Positions 11,418 through 23,710 of a DNA stretch of 64,000 nucleotides are shown one piece after another. A program made the translations under genes and the position numbers. Position 1 is the first letter of the stretch. Every line of letters starts with the position of its first letter. The notes below the pieces were generated by a model that did no database searches, was not told the origin of the DNA, and worked only from the letters and a program-made list of their open reading frames with translations. This DNA comes from Alphaproteobacteria bacterium (GTDB lineage Bacteria; Pseudomonadota; Alphaproteobacteria; GCA-2731375), in contig CBDDBZ010000036.1 of the NCBI GenBank assembly GCA_965225945.1, positions 381,513 through 445,512 of the forward strand, written 5' to 3'.

Positions 11418-11975
11418 ATGGAGACATACACGGTAACGCGACGGCTCGAGATCGACGCCGGTCACCGGGTGATGACTCACGGCTCGAAATGCCGCCATCT
11501 GCACGGCCACCGCTACGTCGTGGAGGCAGTTTGCCGGGCGCTGGGTGGCGGCTTGCACCGAAGCGGTGAGCAGACCGACATGCTGGTCGACTTCGGCTTC
11601 CTGGCGGCGGAATTGGCGCGCCATGTCGAGGCGCCCTGCGATCACGGCTTCATCGCCTCGAGTTCGGACGCTGAGCTGCTCGCCATGTTCGCGCCCGACG
11701 GCGGAGATGGCGAGGCTTGGCGGGCGCGGGTCGAGCGGGAGGTCGAGCGCGTCGGCTACTTTTCGACGACGGAAACGCGGCTGGCCACCAAGCTCTACTT
11801 CATCGCCGCGCAACCGACGGCGGAGCGGCTGGCGGCGCATTGGTTCGAGCGGCTCGCCGAACCCGTCGAGGCGCGGAGCCTGGGCCTCGCCCGGCTGGTC
11901 CGGGTTCGGGTCTGGGAGACACCGAATTCGCTTGCCGAATACGGCGGCGAGGGCGAGCGGGAAGAGGGCAGGTGA
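11418..11975 (+). CDS. queD: 6-carboxytetrahydropterin synthase
   Basis: CRHLHGHRY, DHGF, PTAE, WETPNS; overlaps queE. Confidence 0.85.
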   Translation: METYTVTRRLEIDAGHRVMTHGSKCRHLHGHRYVVEAVCRALGGGLHRSGEQTDMLVDFGFLAAELARHVEAPCDHGFIASSSDAELLAMFAPDGGDGEAWRARVEREVERVGYFSTTETRLATKLYFIAAQPTAERLAAHWFERLAEPVEARSLGLARLVRVRVWETPNSLAEYGGEGEREEGR

Positions 11976-12685
11976 TTCGGATCGCGGAGATCTTCGGGCC
12001 GACGGTCCAGGGCGAGGGGCCGCTGATCGGCAAGCCCACCGTCTTCGTTCGCACCGCCGGCTGCGACTATCGGTGCCACTGGTGCGACACGCTTTATGCC
12101 GTGCTGCCGGAGTTCGCGCCGAGTTGGCGCTCGATGACGGCGCAAGCGGTCCTCGACGAGATCCTCGCGCTCAGCGGTGGGGCGGCGATCGTCGTCAGCC
12201 TCTCCGGCGGCAATCCGGCGCTGCAAGAGCTCGACGAACTGATCGGCCTCGGCCATGCGCGCGGCCTGAGCTTCGCGCTGGAGACCCAGGGCTCGCTGCC
12301 CAAGGACTGGTTCGGGATGCTCGACTGGCTGTTCGTGAGCCCGAAGCCGCCATCCTCCGGCGAGACGCCCGACTGGCGGCGCTTGGCGCAGTGCCTGGAG
12401 GCGGCGGGAGACGCCGCCGTCTCGCTCAAGGTGGCGGTGTTCGACGAGGCCGACTACGCCTTCGCCAAGCGGATCGGCGAGACCTACCCCGATCTCCCGC
12501 TCTATCTTCAGGTCGGCAACCCCGCCTTTCCCGAGGTGCCGGGGCGCGACATTGACGACCTCCCCGCCGTGTTGATGGCGCGCTATCGCTGGCTGGTCGA
12601 GAGGATTGTCGCCGATCGCTGGTTTCGCCCGACCCTGTTGCCGCAACTCCACGTGCTCGCCTGGGGCAACGAAAGAGGCCGTTGA
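11972..12685 (+). CDS. queE: 7-carboxy-7-deazaguanine synthase (radical SAM)
   Basis: TVQGEG, CDYRCHWCD, SGGNP, SPKPPSS, LPQLH. Confidence 0.92.
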   Translation: MIRIAEIFGPTVQGEGPLIGKPTVFVRTAGCDYRCHWCDTLYAVLPEFAPSWRSMTAQAVLDEILALSGGAAIVVSLSGGNPALQELDELIGLGHARGLSFALETQGSLPKDWFGMLDWLFVSPKPPSSGETPDWRRLAQCLEAAGDAAVSLKVAVFDEADYAFAKRIGETYPDLPLYLQVGNPAFPEVPGRDIDDLPAVLMARYRWLVERIVADRWFRPTLLPQLHVLAWGNERGR

Positions 12686-12800
12686 GCGCTCTCCGAGGGC
12701 CCAGAATCGCGGCGGCGTGGAAGGCGCTGGTCTTCGAAAATCCAGGTGTGCTATTAGAGTGCCGCCCCGCGCGGTCCGGCGTCCGTTGAGCGGGGAAGCG

Positions 12801-12885
12801 GCGGGCGTGGCGGAACTGGTAGACGCGTCAGGTTTAGGTCCTGGTGGCTTTTGCCGTGGGGGTTCGAGTCCCTCCGCCCGCACCA
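12801..12885 (+). tRNA. tRNA-Leu(TAG)
   Basis: GCGGGCG/CGCCCGC acceptor, TAG anticodon, long variable arm, GTTCGAGTC, CCA; usual position before tig. Confidence 0.96.
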
Positions 12886-12993
12886 TCGCCCGGTTTGGGC
12901 GAGCGAGTCGGGCGGCGTCACCGGGACGACGGCCCCCGGTTCCTTCGTCGAAGCTGTCTTCGGCGATCGAAACCAAGAGTTCGGGTGTGCGCG

Positions 12994-14367
12994 ATGCAGG
13001 TGACCGAAACCCAGTCCGAGGGACTGAAACACGCCTTTCAGGTGGTCGTTCCGGCGGCGACGCTGGAAGTCAAGATCACCTCCAAGCTGACGGAACTCTC
13101 CAAAAGCGTCGCGGTGCCGGGGTTCCGCCCGGGCAAGGCACCCGTGGGGCTGCTGCGCAAGACCCACGGCAAGCGGATCATGGGCGAGGTCGTGGAGGAA
13201 ACGGTCAACGAAACCACCTCCAAGACCTTGGAGGAAAATGAGATCCGGCCCGCAATTCAGCCCCGGATCGAGATCACGAAATTCGAGGACGGCGGCGATC
13301 TCGAGTTCACTATGGAAATCGAGGCGATGCCCGTGATCGAGCCCGGAGACTTCGGCGCGATCGAGCTGGAACGCCTGCAGGTCGCGGTGAGCGATGAAGA
13401 GGTCGACGAACGCATCCAGGCCATCGCCGATGGTCTCAAGTCCTTCGTCGACGCGGCGGAGGGCGAGGCGGCGGGCGAGGGCGATGCCGTGGTGATCGAC
13501 TTCGCCGGTCGTGTCGACGACCAGGAATTCGAGGGCGGCTCGGCCGAGGATTTCCAGCTCGAGCTCGGCGCCGGCCGTTTCCTTCCCGGTTTCGAGGAAC
13601 AACTCGTCGGTGCCAAGGTGGGCGAGAGCAAGAAAATCGAGGTCGAATTTCCGGAGTCCCATTCCGAAGCGAGCCTCGCCGGCAAGTCGGCCACCTTCGA
13701 ATGCACGATCAAGGCCGTTAAGGTGGCGCTCCCGGTGGCGATCGACGATGCGTTCGCGGAGCAGTTGGGCATCGAGAACCTCGAGCAACTCAAGAGCAAC
13801 GTCCGGCGCGAGATCGAAGGCGAGTTTGCCCAGCATTCACGCGCCCGGCTAAAGCGCAGCCTGCTGGATCATCTCGCCGACAGCCACGCCTTCGAGGTGC
13901 CGCCGGGCATGGTCGAGATGGAGTTCGACTCGATCTGGCAACAGCTCGAACGCGAACTCGAGAACCAGAAGAAGACCTTGGCGGACTTGGACGAGCCGGA
14001 GGCGGAGGTTCGCGCGGAATATGCCAAGATCGCCGAACGCCGGGTGCGACTCGGCCTCCTGCTCTCGGAGATCGGTGGCGCGAACGGGATCGAGGTCTCC
14101 CAGGAGGAAGTCAACCGCGCGGTGCTGCAGCAGGCCCGCGCCATGCGGGGCCAGGAAAGCCAAGTCTTCCAATTTTTCCAGAACAATCCCGAGGCTCGGG
14201 CCAGCCTCGGGGCGCCGATCCTCGAAGACAAGGTCTGCGACTATATTCTGGAATTGGCGCGGATAACGGATCGTGCCGTGAGCAAGGAAGAACTGCTGGC
14301 CGACCCGGACGCCGGCGAAACGGAAGCGGCCGACGGCGGCGAGGGTGCCGGGGAGGAGACGGCCTAG
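12994..14367 (+). CDS. tig: Trigger factor
   Basis: GFRPGKAP ribosome-binding motif; FKBP domain (FLPGFEEQL). Confidence 0.97.
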   Translation: MQVTETQSEGLKHAFQVVVPAATLEVKITSKLTELSKSVAVPGFRPGKAPVGLLRKTHGKRIMGEVVEETVNETTSKTLEENEIRPAIQPRIEITKFEDGGDLEFTMEIEAMPVIEPGDFGAIELERLQVAVSDEEVDERIQAIADGLKSFVDAAEGEAAGEGDAVVIDFAGRVDDQEFEGGSAEDFQLELGAGRFLPGFEEQLVGAKVGESKKIEVEFPESHSEASLAGKSATFECTIKAVKVALPVAIDDAFAEQLGIENLEQLKSNVRREIEGEFAQHSRARLKRSLLDHLADSHAFEVPPGMVEMEFDSIWQQLERELENQKKTLADLDEPEAEVRAEYAKIAERRVRLGLLLSEIGGANGIEVSQEEVNRAVLQQARAMRGQESQVFQFFQNNPEARASLGAPILEDKVCDYILELARITDRAVSKEELLADPDAGETEAADGGEGAGEETA

Positions 14368-14414
14368 GAGTCGTCGGAGTCGTCGCGACAAGGACGAGAA
14401 AGGGTGCCACGGCT

Positions 14415-15080
14415 ATGAACGCGCGCGATACACGGATGAATTTGCTGGTGCCCATGGTGGTCGAACAGACCAATCGGGGCGAGCGTGCCTACGATATTTA
14501 TTCCAGGCTGCTGAAGGAGCGGATCGTCTTCATCGTCGGCCCGGTCGACGACGCCGTCGCCAGCCTGGTGACCGCCCAGTTCCTGTTTCTCGAGGCCGAG
14601 AATCCGGAGAAGGATATTTCCCTCTATATCAATACGCCGGGCGGCACCGTCACCGCGGGCCTCGGGATCTACGACACGATGCAATACATCCGTCCCGACG
14701 TGGCGACACTCTGTATCGGCCAGGCGGCCTCCATGGGCTCGTTACTGCTCGCCGCCGGGGCGGCCGGCAAGCGGCACAGCCTGCCGAACGCGCGCATCAT
14801 GGTGCACCAGCCTTCCGGCGGTTTTCAGGGGCAGGCGAGCGACATCGAAATTCACGCCCGCGAGATCCTGGAGCTGCGCCAGCGACTGAATGAAATCTAC
14901 GTCCACCACACGGGCCAGGAATTGTCGGCGATCGAGGCCTCGATGGAACGCGACCACTTCATGACCGCCGAGGCCGCCAAGGTGTACGGAATTGTCGATG
15001 AAGTGGTCGAAAAACGCCCCGGCGCGGGCGCCGAGAGCGAGGGCGAAAGTACCAAGGGCGAGGGCGAGAGCGAGGCCTGA
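14415..15080 (+). CDS. clpP: Clp protease proteolytic subunit
   Basis: [19 protein letters not shown]. Confidence 0.98.
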   Translation: MNARDTRMNLLVPMVVEQTNRGERAYDIYSRLLKERIVFIVGPVDDAVASLVTAQFLFLEAENPEKDISLYINTPGGTVTAGLGIYDTMQYIRPDVATLCIGQAASMGSLLLAAGAAGKRHSLPNARIMVHQPSGGFQGQASDIEIHAREILELRQRLNEIYVHHTGQELSAIEASMERDHFMTAEAAKVYGIVDEVVEKRPGAGAESEGESTKGEGESEA

Positions 15081-15369
15081 GCGAGCCTGCCCGGTCGCGC
15101 TTGATCCAACGTGTTTTACGAAAAATTGACCGGTGGACGTCATACTTCGCCGTGATGTAGGGTGTTTGTCTGAGTCGACCGTCGCGTGAACACCATGTCA
15201 TCGCGATCGGTCGGTGGGACCTGCGGCTCGCGCAGTTGGGCACGGTCGGAGGTCGCAAGCGTAGGCGCGGCCTTGTCTCATGCTTCGCGTCGAGGCGCGT
15301 GGTCGCGTTGTAGAGTACTCGCATCGCATCGGGGCAATCGGCCCTCGGCGCGGGACAGTGGGGCAACTC

Positions 15370-16638
<1,269 letters not shown>

Positions 16639-16657
16639 TCGCGGTGGCATCGGCGCC

Positions 16658-16688
16658 CTTGACCTCTCCGGGGACAGGCGCCACTTCT
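16658..16688 (+). promoter_or_regulatory. Putative RpoH-type promoter of lon
   Basis: CTTGAC-N17-CCACTTCT resembles the alphaproteobacterial heat-shock consensus. Confidence 0.4.
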
Positions 16689-16767
16689 TTCTGGGCCGAC
16701 GCCTCACCGGGCGTCGGCGTTCGGCCCGCACGGGGCGTGTTCATCGTGTCGGAGTGTTGGTTAGGTC

Positions 16768-19182
16768 ATGCTCGAAGCTTCTGAACATCCGCTGTATCCG
16801 GTTCTGCCGCTGCGCGACATCGTGGTCTTTCCCCACATGATCGTGCCGCTCTTCGTCGGCCGCGAGAAGTCCGTGAACGCGCTCGAAAGCGTCATGAAGG
16901 ACGACAAGCAGATCCTTTTGATCACCCAGAAGAACGCGGCGGAGGACGATCCCGGTCCGGCGGACATCTACGAGATCGGGACCGTCGCCTCGGTGCTGCA
17001 ACTCCTGAAGCTCCCCGACGGCACGGTCAAGGTGCTGGTCGAAGGTGGCAGGCGCGCGCGCATTCGAGGCTACGCCGAAAATCCGGCCTACTTCGAGGCG
17101 CGGGCCGAACTCCTGGAGGACGACTCGCCCGAGGGCGAGGATCTCGAGGGGCTCACCCGCTCGGTGATCTCGCAGTTCGAACAATACGTCAAGCTCAACC
17201 GCAAAATTCCGCCAGAAGTTCTCGTTTCGGTTAATCAAATCGACGATGCAGGCAAGCTCGCGGACACGGTCGTCTCGCATCTGGCGCTGAAGATCCCGGA
17301 CAAGCAGGAACTCCTGGAGATCGAGAACACGCAGGAGCGGCTGGAGCGCGTCTATTCGCTGATGGAATCCGAAATCGGCGTCATGCAGGTCGAGCGCAAG
17401 ATTCGCAGCCGGGTCAAGCGCCAGATGGAGAAGACGCAGCGCGAGTACTATCTGAACGAACAGCTCAAGGCGATTCAGAAGGAGCTGGGCGAGGGCGAGG
17501 ACGGGCGCGACGAGCTACAGGAGCTGGAGGAGAAGCTCGCCGCCACCAAGCTCACCAAGGAGGCGCGGGAAAAGGCGATCTCGGAGCTGAAGAAGCTCCG
17601 CAACATGAGCCCGATGTCGGCCGAGGCGGCGGTGGTGCGCAACTACCTCGACTGGTTGCTGACGATTCCGTGGAGCGAGCGTTCGCGGGTCAGGAAGAAC
17701 ATCAGCCAGGCCCACAAGATCCTCGACGAGGATCATTACGGTCTCGACAAGGTGAAGGAGCGTATCCTCGAATATCTCGCGGTGCAGCAGCGCACCAACA
17801 AGATGAAGGGACCGATACTCTGCCTGGTCGGACCTCCGGGCGTCGGCAAGACCTCGCTCGGCAAGTCGATCGCCCGGGCCACGGGACGCAAGTTCGTGCG
17901 CATGTCGCTGGGCGGCGTGCGCGACGAGGCGGAGATCCGCGGCCACCGGCGGACCTATATCGGCTCCATGCCCGGCAAGGTGCTCCAGGGTATGAAGAAG
18001 GCGAAGAAGTCCAACCCCCTCTTCCTGTTGGACGAAGTGGACAAGATGGGCGCCGACTTCCGGGGCGATCCGGCCTCGGCCCTGCTGGAGGTGCTGGATC
18101 CCGAGCAGAACCACACCTTCAACGACCACTATCTCGAGGTCGATTACGACCTGTCGGACGTGATGTTCATCACCACGGCGAACACGCTGCGAATACCTCA
18201 GCCCCTGATGGACCGGATGGAGATCATCCGCCTTCCCGGCTACACCGAGGGCGAGAAGATCGAGATCGCACGACGCCATCTGATCCCCAAGCAAATCAAG
18301 GCGCACGGGCTCCGAAAGCACGAATGGTCGATGTCCCAGGGGGCGCTACAGGATCTCGTTCGCTTCTATACCCGCGAGGCCGGCGTCAGGAACCTGGAGC
18401 GCGAGATCGCCGGCCTGACCCGCAAGGCGGTGCGCGACATCGTACAGAAGAAGTGCAAGAAGGTGGCGATCACCCGGCGCAACCTCGAGAAATATGCCGG
18501 CATCCGCCGCTTCCGCTTCGGCGAGATCGAGGAGGTGGACATGGTGGGCGTGGTCACCGGGCTGGCCTGGACCGAGGTCGGCGGTGAGCTGCTGACGATC
18601 GAGTCCGTGCTCCTGCCGGGCAAGGGCAACATCCGCTATACCGGCAAGCTCGGCGACGTGATGCAGGAATCGATCCAGGCGGCGACTAGCTTCGTCCGCT
18701 CGCGCGCGCGCTCTTTCGGCATCAAGCCCTCGGCCTTCGAGAAGCGTGACATCCACGTCCACGTTCCCGAGGGCGCGACGCCGAAGGACGGCCCGTCGGC
18801 CGGGGTGGCGATGTGCACCTCCGTCGTGTCGGTCTTGACCAGGATCCCGATCCGCCGCGATATCGCCATGACCGGCGAGATCACGCTCAGGGGTCGCGTG
18901 CTACCGATCGGCGGCCTCAAGGAGAAGCTGTTGGCGGCACTCCGCGGTGGCCTCAAGACGGTGTTGATCCCGATCGACAACGAGAAGGATTTGGCGGAAA
19001 TTCCGGACAACGTGAAGAAGGGAATGGTGATCATTCCGGTCAGCACCGTGGACGACGTGATCGAGCATGCCCTGACCACGCGACCGGTCCCGATCGAGAT
19101 CGAGGAAGACGAGGAAGACGAATTCGGCACGATCGCCGAGATCGCCGAGACCGGCGAGACCGAAAACGTCGTAACCCATTGA
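16768..19182 (+). CDS. lon: Lon protease
   Basis: LPLRD N-domain, [15 protein letters not shown] catalytic Ser. Confidence 0.98.
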   Translation: MLEASEHPLYPVLPLRDIVVFPHMIVPLFVGREKSVNALESVMKDDKQILLITQKNAAEDDPGPADIYEIGTVASVLQLLKLPDGTVKVLVEGGRRARIRGYAENPAYFEARAELLEDDSPEGEDLEGLTRSVISQFEQYVKLNRKIPPEVLVSVNQIDDAGKLADTVVSHLALKIPDKQELLEIENTQERLERVYSLMESEIGVMQVERKIRSRVKRQMEKTQREYYLNEQLKAIQKELGEGEDGRDELQELEEKLAATKLTKEAREKAISELKKLRNMSPMSAEAAVVRNYLDWLLTIPWSERSRVRKNISQAHKILDEDHYGLDKVKERILEYLAVQQRTNKMKGPILCLVGPPGVGKTSLGKSIARATGRKFVRMSLGGVRDEAEIRGHRRTYIGSMPGKVLQGMKKAKKSNPLFLLDEVDKMGADFRGDPASALLEVLDPEQNHTFNDHYLEVDYDLSDVMFITTANTLRIPQPLMDRMEIIRLPGYTEGEKIEIARRHLIPKQIKAHGLRKHEWSMSQGALQDLVRFYTREAGVRNLEREIAGLTRKAVRDIVQKKCKKVAITRRNLEKYAGIRRFRFGEIEEVDMVGVVTGLAWTEVGGELLTIESVLLPGKGNIRYTGKLGDVMQESIQAATSFVRSRARSFGIKPSAFEKRDIHVHVPEGATPKDGPSAGVAMCTSVVSVLTRIPIRRDIAMTGEITLRGRVLPIGGLKEKLLAALRGGLKTVLIPIDNEKDLAEIPDNVKKGMVIIPVSTVDDVIEHALTTRPVPIEIEEDEEDEFGTIAEIAETGETENVVTH

Positions 19183-19464
19183 TCCGGCGAGCCGAACGGG
19201 GGCCGACGTCGTGCCACCGGTGGCTGTCGTTCGCCCGTCGATTACACCGGTCGACGTCGCGAACCGATTTCGCGCGTGGAGCCGAAAGCCCGTGTTGAAC
19301 AGTGCATGGGGCCGGGCATCGTGACAACTCTCAATAAACACAAGGGATATCGGCCGACGGCGACGATTTCTCTTTGACCCGAGCTTCGCGCGTCGCCTAA
19401 ACTTGCCCGCGACGCGCAGAGCATGGCGTCACGTGGTCTTGGAAATCAACAGCAGGGGGCGACG

Positions 19465-19737
19465 GTGAACAAGAATGACTTGGTCGCGGCGGTATCGGCC
19501 ACAGCCGATCTGACGAAAGCGGACTCGCAGCGGGCGGTGGATGCGGTGTTCCATCAAATCGGCGAGGCTTTGAAGGACCGCGCGGAAGTGCGGATCGTCG
19601 GCTTCGGGACATTTTCCGTGGCGAACCGGAAGGCGAGCCAGGGGCGCAATCCCCGAACCGGAGAACCGATCTTCATCCCGGCCTCGCGGCAACCGAAGTT
19701 CAAGGCCGGCAAGGCGTTGAAGGCGGCCGTGAACTGA
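19465..19737 (+). CDS. hup: DNA-binding protein HU
   Basis: MNKNDLV, GFGTF, GRNPRTG, PKFKAGKALK. Confidence 0.96.
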   Translation: MNKNDLVAAVSATADLTKADSQRAVDAVFHQIGEALKDRAEVRIVGFGTFSVANRKASQGRNPRTGEPIFIPASRQPKFKAGKALKAAVN

Positions 19738-19869
19738 TCCGGAGAATTCAGGGCGCGACCAGCGCGCCGTGATTGAAGCCGGCCCGCGTGGCCGGCTTCT
19801 TTCGTTGTCTGCCTCCGCCTGGCGACGGTTTGCAATGTGCCATCACCTCCGCCATCTTGGTGCCGGCAC

Positions 19870-19946
19870 GGGCGGTTAGCTCAGTTGGCGAGAGCGTCCG
19901 GTTTACACCCGGAAGGTCGGAGGTTCGACTCCTCTACCGCCCACCA
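19870..19946 (+). tRNA. tRNA-Val(TAC)
   Basis: GGGCGGT/ACCGCCC acceptor, TCCGG-TTTACAC-CCGGA anticodon arm, GTTCGAC, CCA. Confidence 0.96.
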
Positions 19947-20052
19947 TTTTGGGTGCACGTTGTCGCCCCCAACCCGACGTGCGGGTTCCGTTTCGAGGCT
20001 TCTCCTCTCTCCTCCGCCAGGCGCTCATGAACCAAAAGTGTTGGGAGGCGAC

Positions 20053-20967
20053 ATGAGCGAAGGCTCGCCCGCACATCTCGAGACCGCCGTCATCGGCTTG
20101 GGCTCTATGGGTGGGGGCATCGCGCGCGCTCTGCTGCGCGCGGGGCTGCCGGTCTGGGGCTTCGACGTCGATCCCGCCCTGCAATCCGCATTTCGAGCCG
20201 CGGGCGGGCGGGCGGCATCGCGCTCCGAGGCGGCCAGGGCGGCCGACGTCGTGGTCATCGTCGTCGTGAACGCCGCGCAGCTCGAAAGCGTTCTCTTCGG
20301 CGAGGACGGCATGGCCGCCGAGATGCGTGCCGGAAGCCTCGTCGTCGTCTGTTCGACCGTGGCGCCCGAGGTCGCCCGGGCCATCTCCGCCCGGCTCGCC
20401 GAAGCGGATATCGACTATCTCGACGCGCCGATTTCGGGCGGGGCCGCCAAGGCCGCCGAGGGCGCGCTGACGGTCATGGCCTCGGGTCCGGAGCGCGCCT
20501 TCGCCACCGCCGCGCCCGTGCTCGGCGCCATGGCGCAAACCGTATTCCCGCTCGGGCCGGAGGCGGGACGGGCCTCGGCGATGAAGATCGTCAACCAACT
20601 GCTCGCTGGTGTGCATATCGCCGCCGCCGCGGAAGCCGTCGCCTTCGCCCTCACCCAGGGCATCGAGCCCGCGGACGCGCTGGCCGTCATCTCGCGTTGC
20701 GCCGGCACGAGCTGGATGTTCGAGAACCGGGTGCCACACATCGTCGCCGGCGACTACCGGCCGCGTTCGGCGGTCGACATCTTCGTCAAGGACCTGGCTA
20801 TCGTCGCCGACGTGGCCCGAGCCGCCCGGCTGTCGACGCCATTGGCGCTCGCCGCTCTCGAACGCTTCCGCGCTGCCCATGATGCGGGTCTCGGGCGGGA
20901 GGACGATTCCGCCGTCGCCAAGATTTACGCCCGCGAGGCCGGCGTGGCGCTACCCGAGGGCGATTGA
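20053..20967 (+). CDS. Beta-hydroxyacid dehydrogenase, L-threonate dehydrogenase-like
   Basis: GLGSMG, DAPISGG, KIVNQLLAGVH, AVDIFVKD. Confidence 0.85.
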   Translation: MSEGSPAHLETAVIGLGSMGGGIARALLRAGLPVWGFDVDPALQSAFRAAGGRAASRSEAARAADVVVIVVVNAAQLESVLFGEDGMAAEMRAGSLVVVCSTVAPEVARAISARLAEADIDYLDAPISGGAAKAAEGALTVMASGPERAFATAAPVLGAMAQTVFPLGPEAGRASAMKIVNQLLAGVHIAAAAEAVAFALTQGIEPADALAVISRCAGTSWMFENRVPHIVAGDYRPRSAVDIFVKDLAIVADVARAARLSTPLALAALERFRAAHDAGLGREDDSAVAKIYAREAGVALPEGD

Positions 20968-21009
20968 CGGCCGGCAGAGGTGGCGGATCATACCGGGCGG
21001 CCGGGAGCA

Positions 21010-21276
21010 TTAGAGCACTTTCCGATCAGGTTGAATCGTTTGATGGGCCAAATCGGCCCCTGGGGCAGGCGCGCCGCGCCGCGCGATGTGGTTCATCGGG
21101 CAAGCGGCCGGGCGCACCCCAGGGGCCGAGTTGGCCCACCGACGGCCGGGTTCTTTCGCGCCGTGGCGGTGTTCCGCGCAGCTACCGATACCCCGCATCG
21201 CCGTCGCGAGCGGAACGCCGCCACGACCCAAAATCATCCCGGTCAAACGTTTCAACCTGGTCGGAAAGTGCTCTAA
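21010..21276. mobile_element. MITE-like palindromic element (267 bp)
   Basis: ~34-bp TIR TTAGAGCACTTTCCGA...TCGGAAAGTGCTCTAA with two internal hairpins. Confidence 0.85.
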
Positions 21277-21303
21277 ATGCCCGGGGCGGAGAGACGAGGG
21301 GCC

Positions 21304-22391
21304 ATGGCTGCGCGCGCGCGACGGATCCGACTGCACATCAAGAACAACCGTGCGGGCGAAGAGGTGTTCTGGACCACGCCCCAGCACCTCGGCGCCGCGC
21401 TCGCCCGCCGACCCGAGGCGGCCCGCCTGCTCGACGTGCGGGCGAAGAGGTGTTCTGGACCACGCCCCAGCACCTCGGCGCCGCGCTCGCCCGCCGACCC
21501 GAGGCGGCCCGCCTGCTCGACCCGGTTATCGACTGGGATCTGGACAATTTCGACGCCTCGATGGCGACGGCGGACGGGCTCGTCACCTGGGAGCTGCCGA
21601 GGGAGGATCTCGGCCGCCGGGCGCCGAAGCTGAAATGGATCCATGTCATCGGCGCCGGGGTCGACCACTTGGCGCCGCTCGACTGGCTGCCGGCCGGCGT
21701 CACGCTGACCAACAACAGCGGCGTGCACCGGGAAAAGTTCGCCGACTACGCAACCATGGCGTTGCTGATGCTGTGGTGTGGCCTGCCCGGTTTCGTCTCG
21801 GCCCAGCGCGAGCGCCGGTGGGACCCGGTCTTCACCCCTCCGATCGCCGGGGCCGAGGCGACGGTCGTCGGCGTCGGCAAGATGGGGGGCGTCGTCGCGC
21901 GTCAGGCCAAGCGCCTGGGCATAACCGTCGTGGGGGTCCGCCGGACCGGCCGAGCGGCCAGAAACGTCGACGTCATGTATCCGGCGAGCCGGCTTCGGAC
22001 CGCGCTTCGGGGCGCCGACATCGTCGCCGTGGCGACGCCGCTCACACCCGCGACCGAGGGGCTGATCGGCGCCCGCGAATTCGCCGCGATGAAGCCCGGC
22101 GCGGGCTTCCTGAATGTCGGGCGGGGGCCCGTGATCGACACCTCCGCGCTCGTCGCCGCGCTGGAAAGCGGCCATCTCGGGGGCGCGATCCTCGACGTCT
22201 TCGATGCCGAGCCGCCGCCCCGCACTTCGCCGCTCTGGCGCACGCCCAACCTGGTGATGACGCCCCACGTCGCGGCCGACGATTTGGACAGCTATGTGCC
22301 CCGGACCCTGGATCTGGTGCTGGAGAACGTGGTCCGATTGGCCAACGGGCGCCCTTTACGCAACCGGGTGGATCCCAAGGCCGGTTATTGA
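21304..22391 (+). pseudogene. D-2-hydroxyacid dehydrogenase, frameshifted by an 86-bp duplication
   Basis: GAGVD, GVGKMG, NVGRG, LDVF, TPHVA; removing one repeat copy gives a 333-aa ORF. Confidence 0.85.
21350..21521 (+). repeat. Perfect 86-bp tandem duplication
   Basis: 21350-21435 identical to 21436-21521. Confidence 0.95.
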
Positions 22392-23632
22392 TGGCGCCCG
22401 GACCGTCGCCCGGGCGAGGGACGCTCATCCTGGTCCCGTTCCTGATCTATGTGACGGTGGATTACGTCTTCCGCGTCAACAACGCCATGATCGCGCCGGC
22501 CCTGGTGGTCGAGTTCGCGCTCGATCCTTCCGAACTCGGCTTCGTCACCGGCGCTTTCTTCGCTGCCTTCGCGCTGACGCAACTGCCGCTGGGCCTGGCA
22601 CTCGACCGCTTCGGGCCAGGCGCGGTGGTGACGGCGTTGCTGGGCGTGGCGTTGTTGGGCGGCGGGGTCTACCTGTCGGCCACGGACATGACGGGTCTGA
22701 CGATCGGGCGGTTTCTGATCGGGATCGGCATGGCGGCCAGCCTGATGGGGGGCGTCAAGGCGGCGAGCCTCTGGTTCCCGCCGGAGCGCCTGCCGCAGAT
22801 CACCGCGCTGCATGTGGCGCTGACCGGCGTCGGCGGCATGCTGGCGACCGGGCCGATGGCGACGGTGCTGGCCCTCGCCGGGTGGCGGGCCGTGATGGCG
22901 GGACTCTTATGTATCTGTGTCGTCGTGATGGTCCTGCTCCGCCTTTGGGTGCCCGGGGGCCGGGCGGCGCAACCCGCGCCCGGCCTCGCCACGCAACTCC
23001 GAGAATATCGGGACCTGCTGTCGAGCCTCCGTTTCTGGCACATGACGCCGGTCGTCGTTGCCGGAGTCGGCGTCGGCATCGGCTACCAGACGCTCTGGGC
23101 CAGCCTCTGGCTGCGCGACGTCGCGGGCTACGGCGATTTCGCACGGGCCTGGACGCTGTTCGCCATGTTCGCGGGCGTGCTTGTCGGCAATCTCGGCTTC
23201 GGCTGGTGGGTGCGGCGGCGGCTCGCGGTGGGGGCCGACATTTCCCGGGCGGCAATCGCCGGCTACGGGGTGATGATCCTGGCACAGCTCGCGCTGATCG
23301 CCATCGGCGGTGGCCCGGCGCCGGCGATCCTGTGGATTTCGGTGTCGCTCTTTTTCGCTTGCCCGATCGTCGGTTACGCCATCGTCGCCCAGGGCTTCCC
23401 GCCTTCGCTTTCGGGCCGCGTCGCCAGCGCCGTCAACGCCCTCGTCTTCGCCGCCGTCTTCGCCACCCAGTGGGCGAGCGGCGTGATCATCGAAGCTTTT
23501 CCCCACGACCCGGCCGGCGGCTACGACCCGCTCGGCCACCGCGTCGGACTCGGCTGCGCCATCGCCGTGCAGACGCTCGCCTTGGCTTGGTTCTTGATCA
23601 TCTCCCGGCGGCACAATCAGTCCGAAAACTGA
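22391..23632 (+). CDS. MFS transporter
   Basis: About 12 TM segments; GLALDRFG motif A. Confidence 0.9.
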   Translation: MAPGPSPGRGTLILVPFLIYVTVDYVFRVNNAMIAPALVVEFALDPSELGFVTGAFFAAFALTQLPLGLALDRFGPGAVVTALLGVALLGGGVYLSATDMTGLTIGRFLIGIGMAASLMGGVKAASLWFPPERLPQITALHVALTGVGGMLATGPMATVLALAGWRAVMAGLLCICVVVMVLLRLWVPGGRAAQPAPGLATQLREYRDLLSSLRFWHMTPVVVAGVGVGIGYQTLWASLWLRDVAGYGDFARAWTLFAMFAGVLVGNLGFGWWVRRRLAVGADISRAAIAGYGVMILAQLALIAIGGGPAPAILWISVSLFFACPIVGYAIVAQGFPPSLSGRVASAVNALVFAAVFATQWASGVIIEAFPHDPAGGYDPLGHRVGLGCAIAVQTLALAWFLIISRRHNQSEN

Positions 23633-23710
23633 GTGTCACGCGACTTGCGCGGGGAAGGGTAGGGCGTTATGTTGCCGCGAAAATCGGCAAGGTATGATTC
23701 TGCTCAAATA

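Noticed and set aside
11418-12685. Dpd 7-deazaguanine DNA modification system linked to GmrSD
   Set aside because: No dpdA-like gene; the que genes are in core context 45 kb away
21086-23632. 848-aa ORF
   Set aside because: Chance read-through into the MFS gene, which starts at 22391
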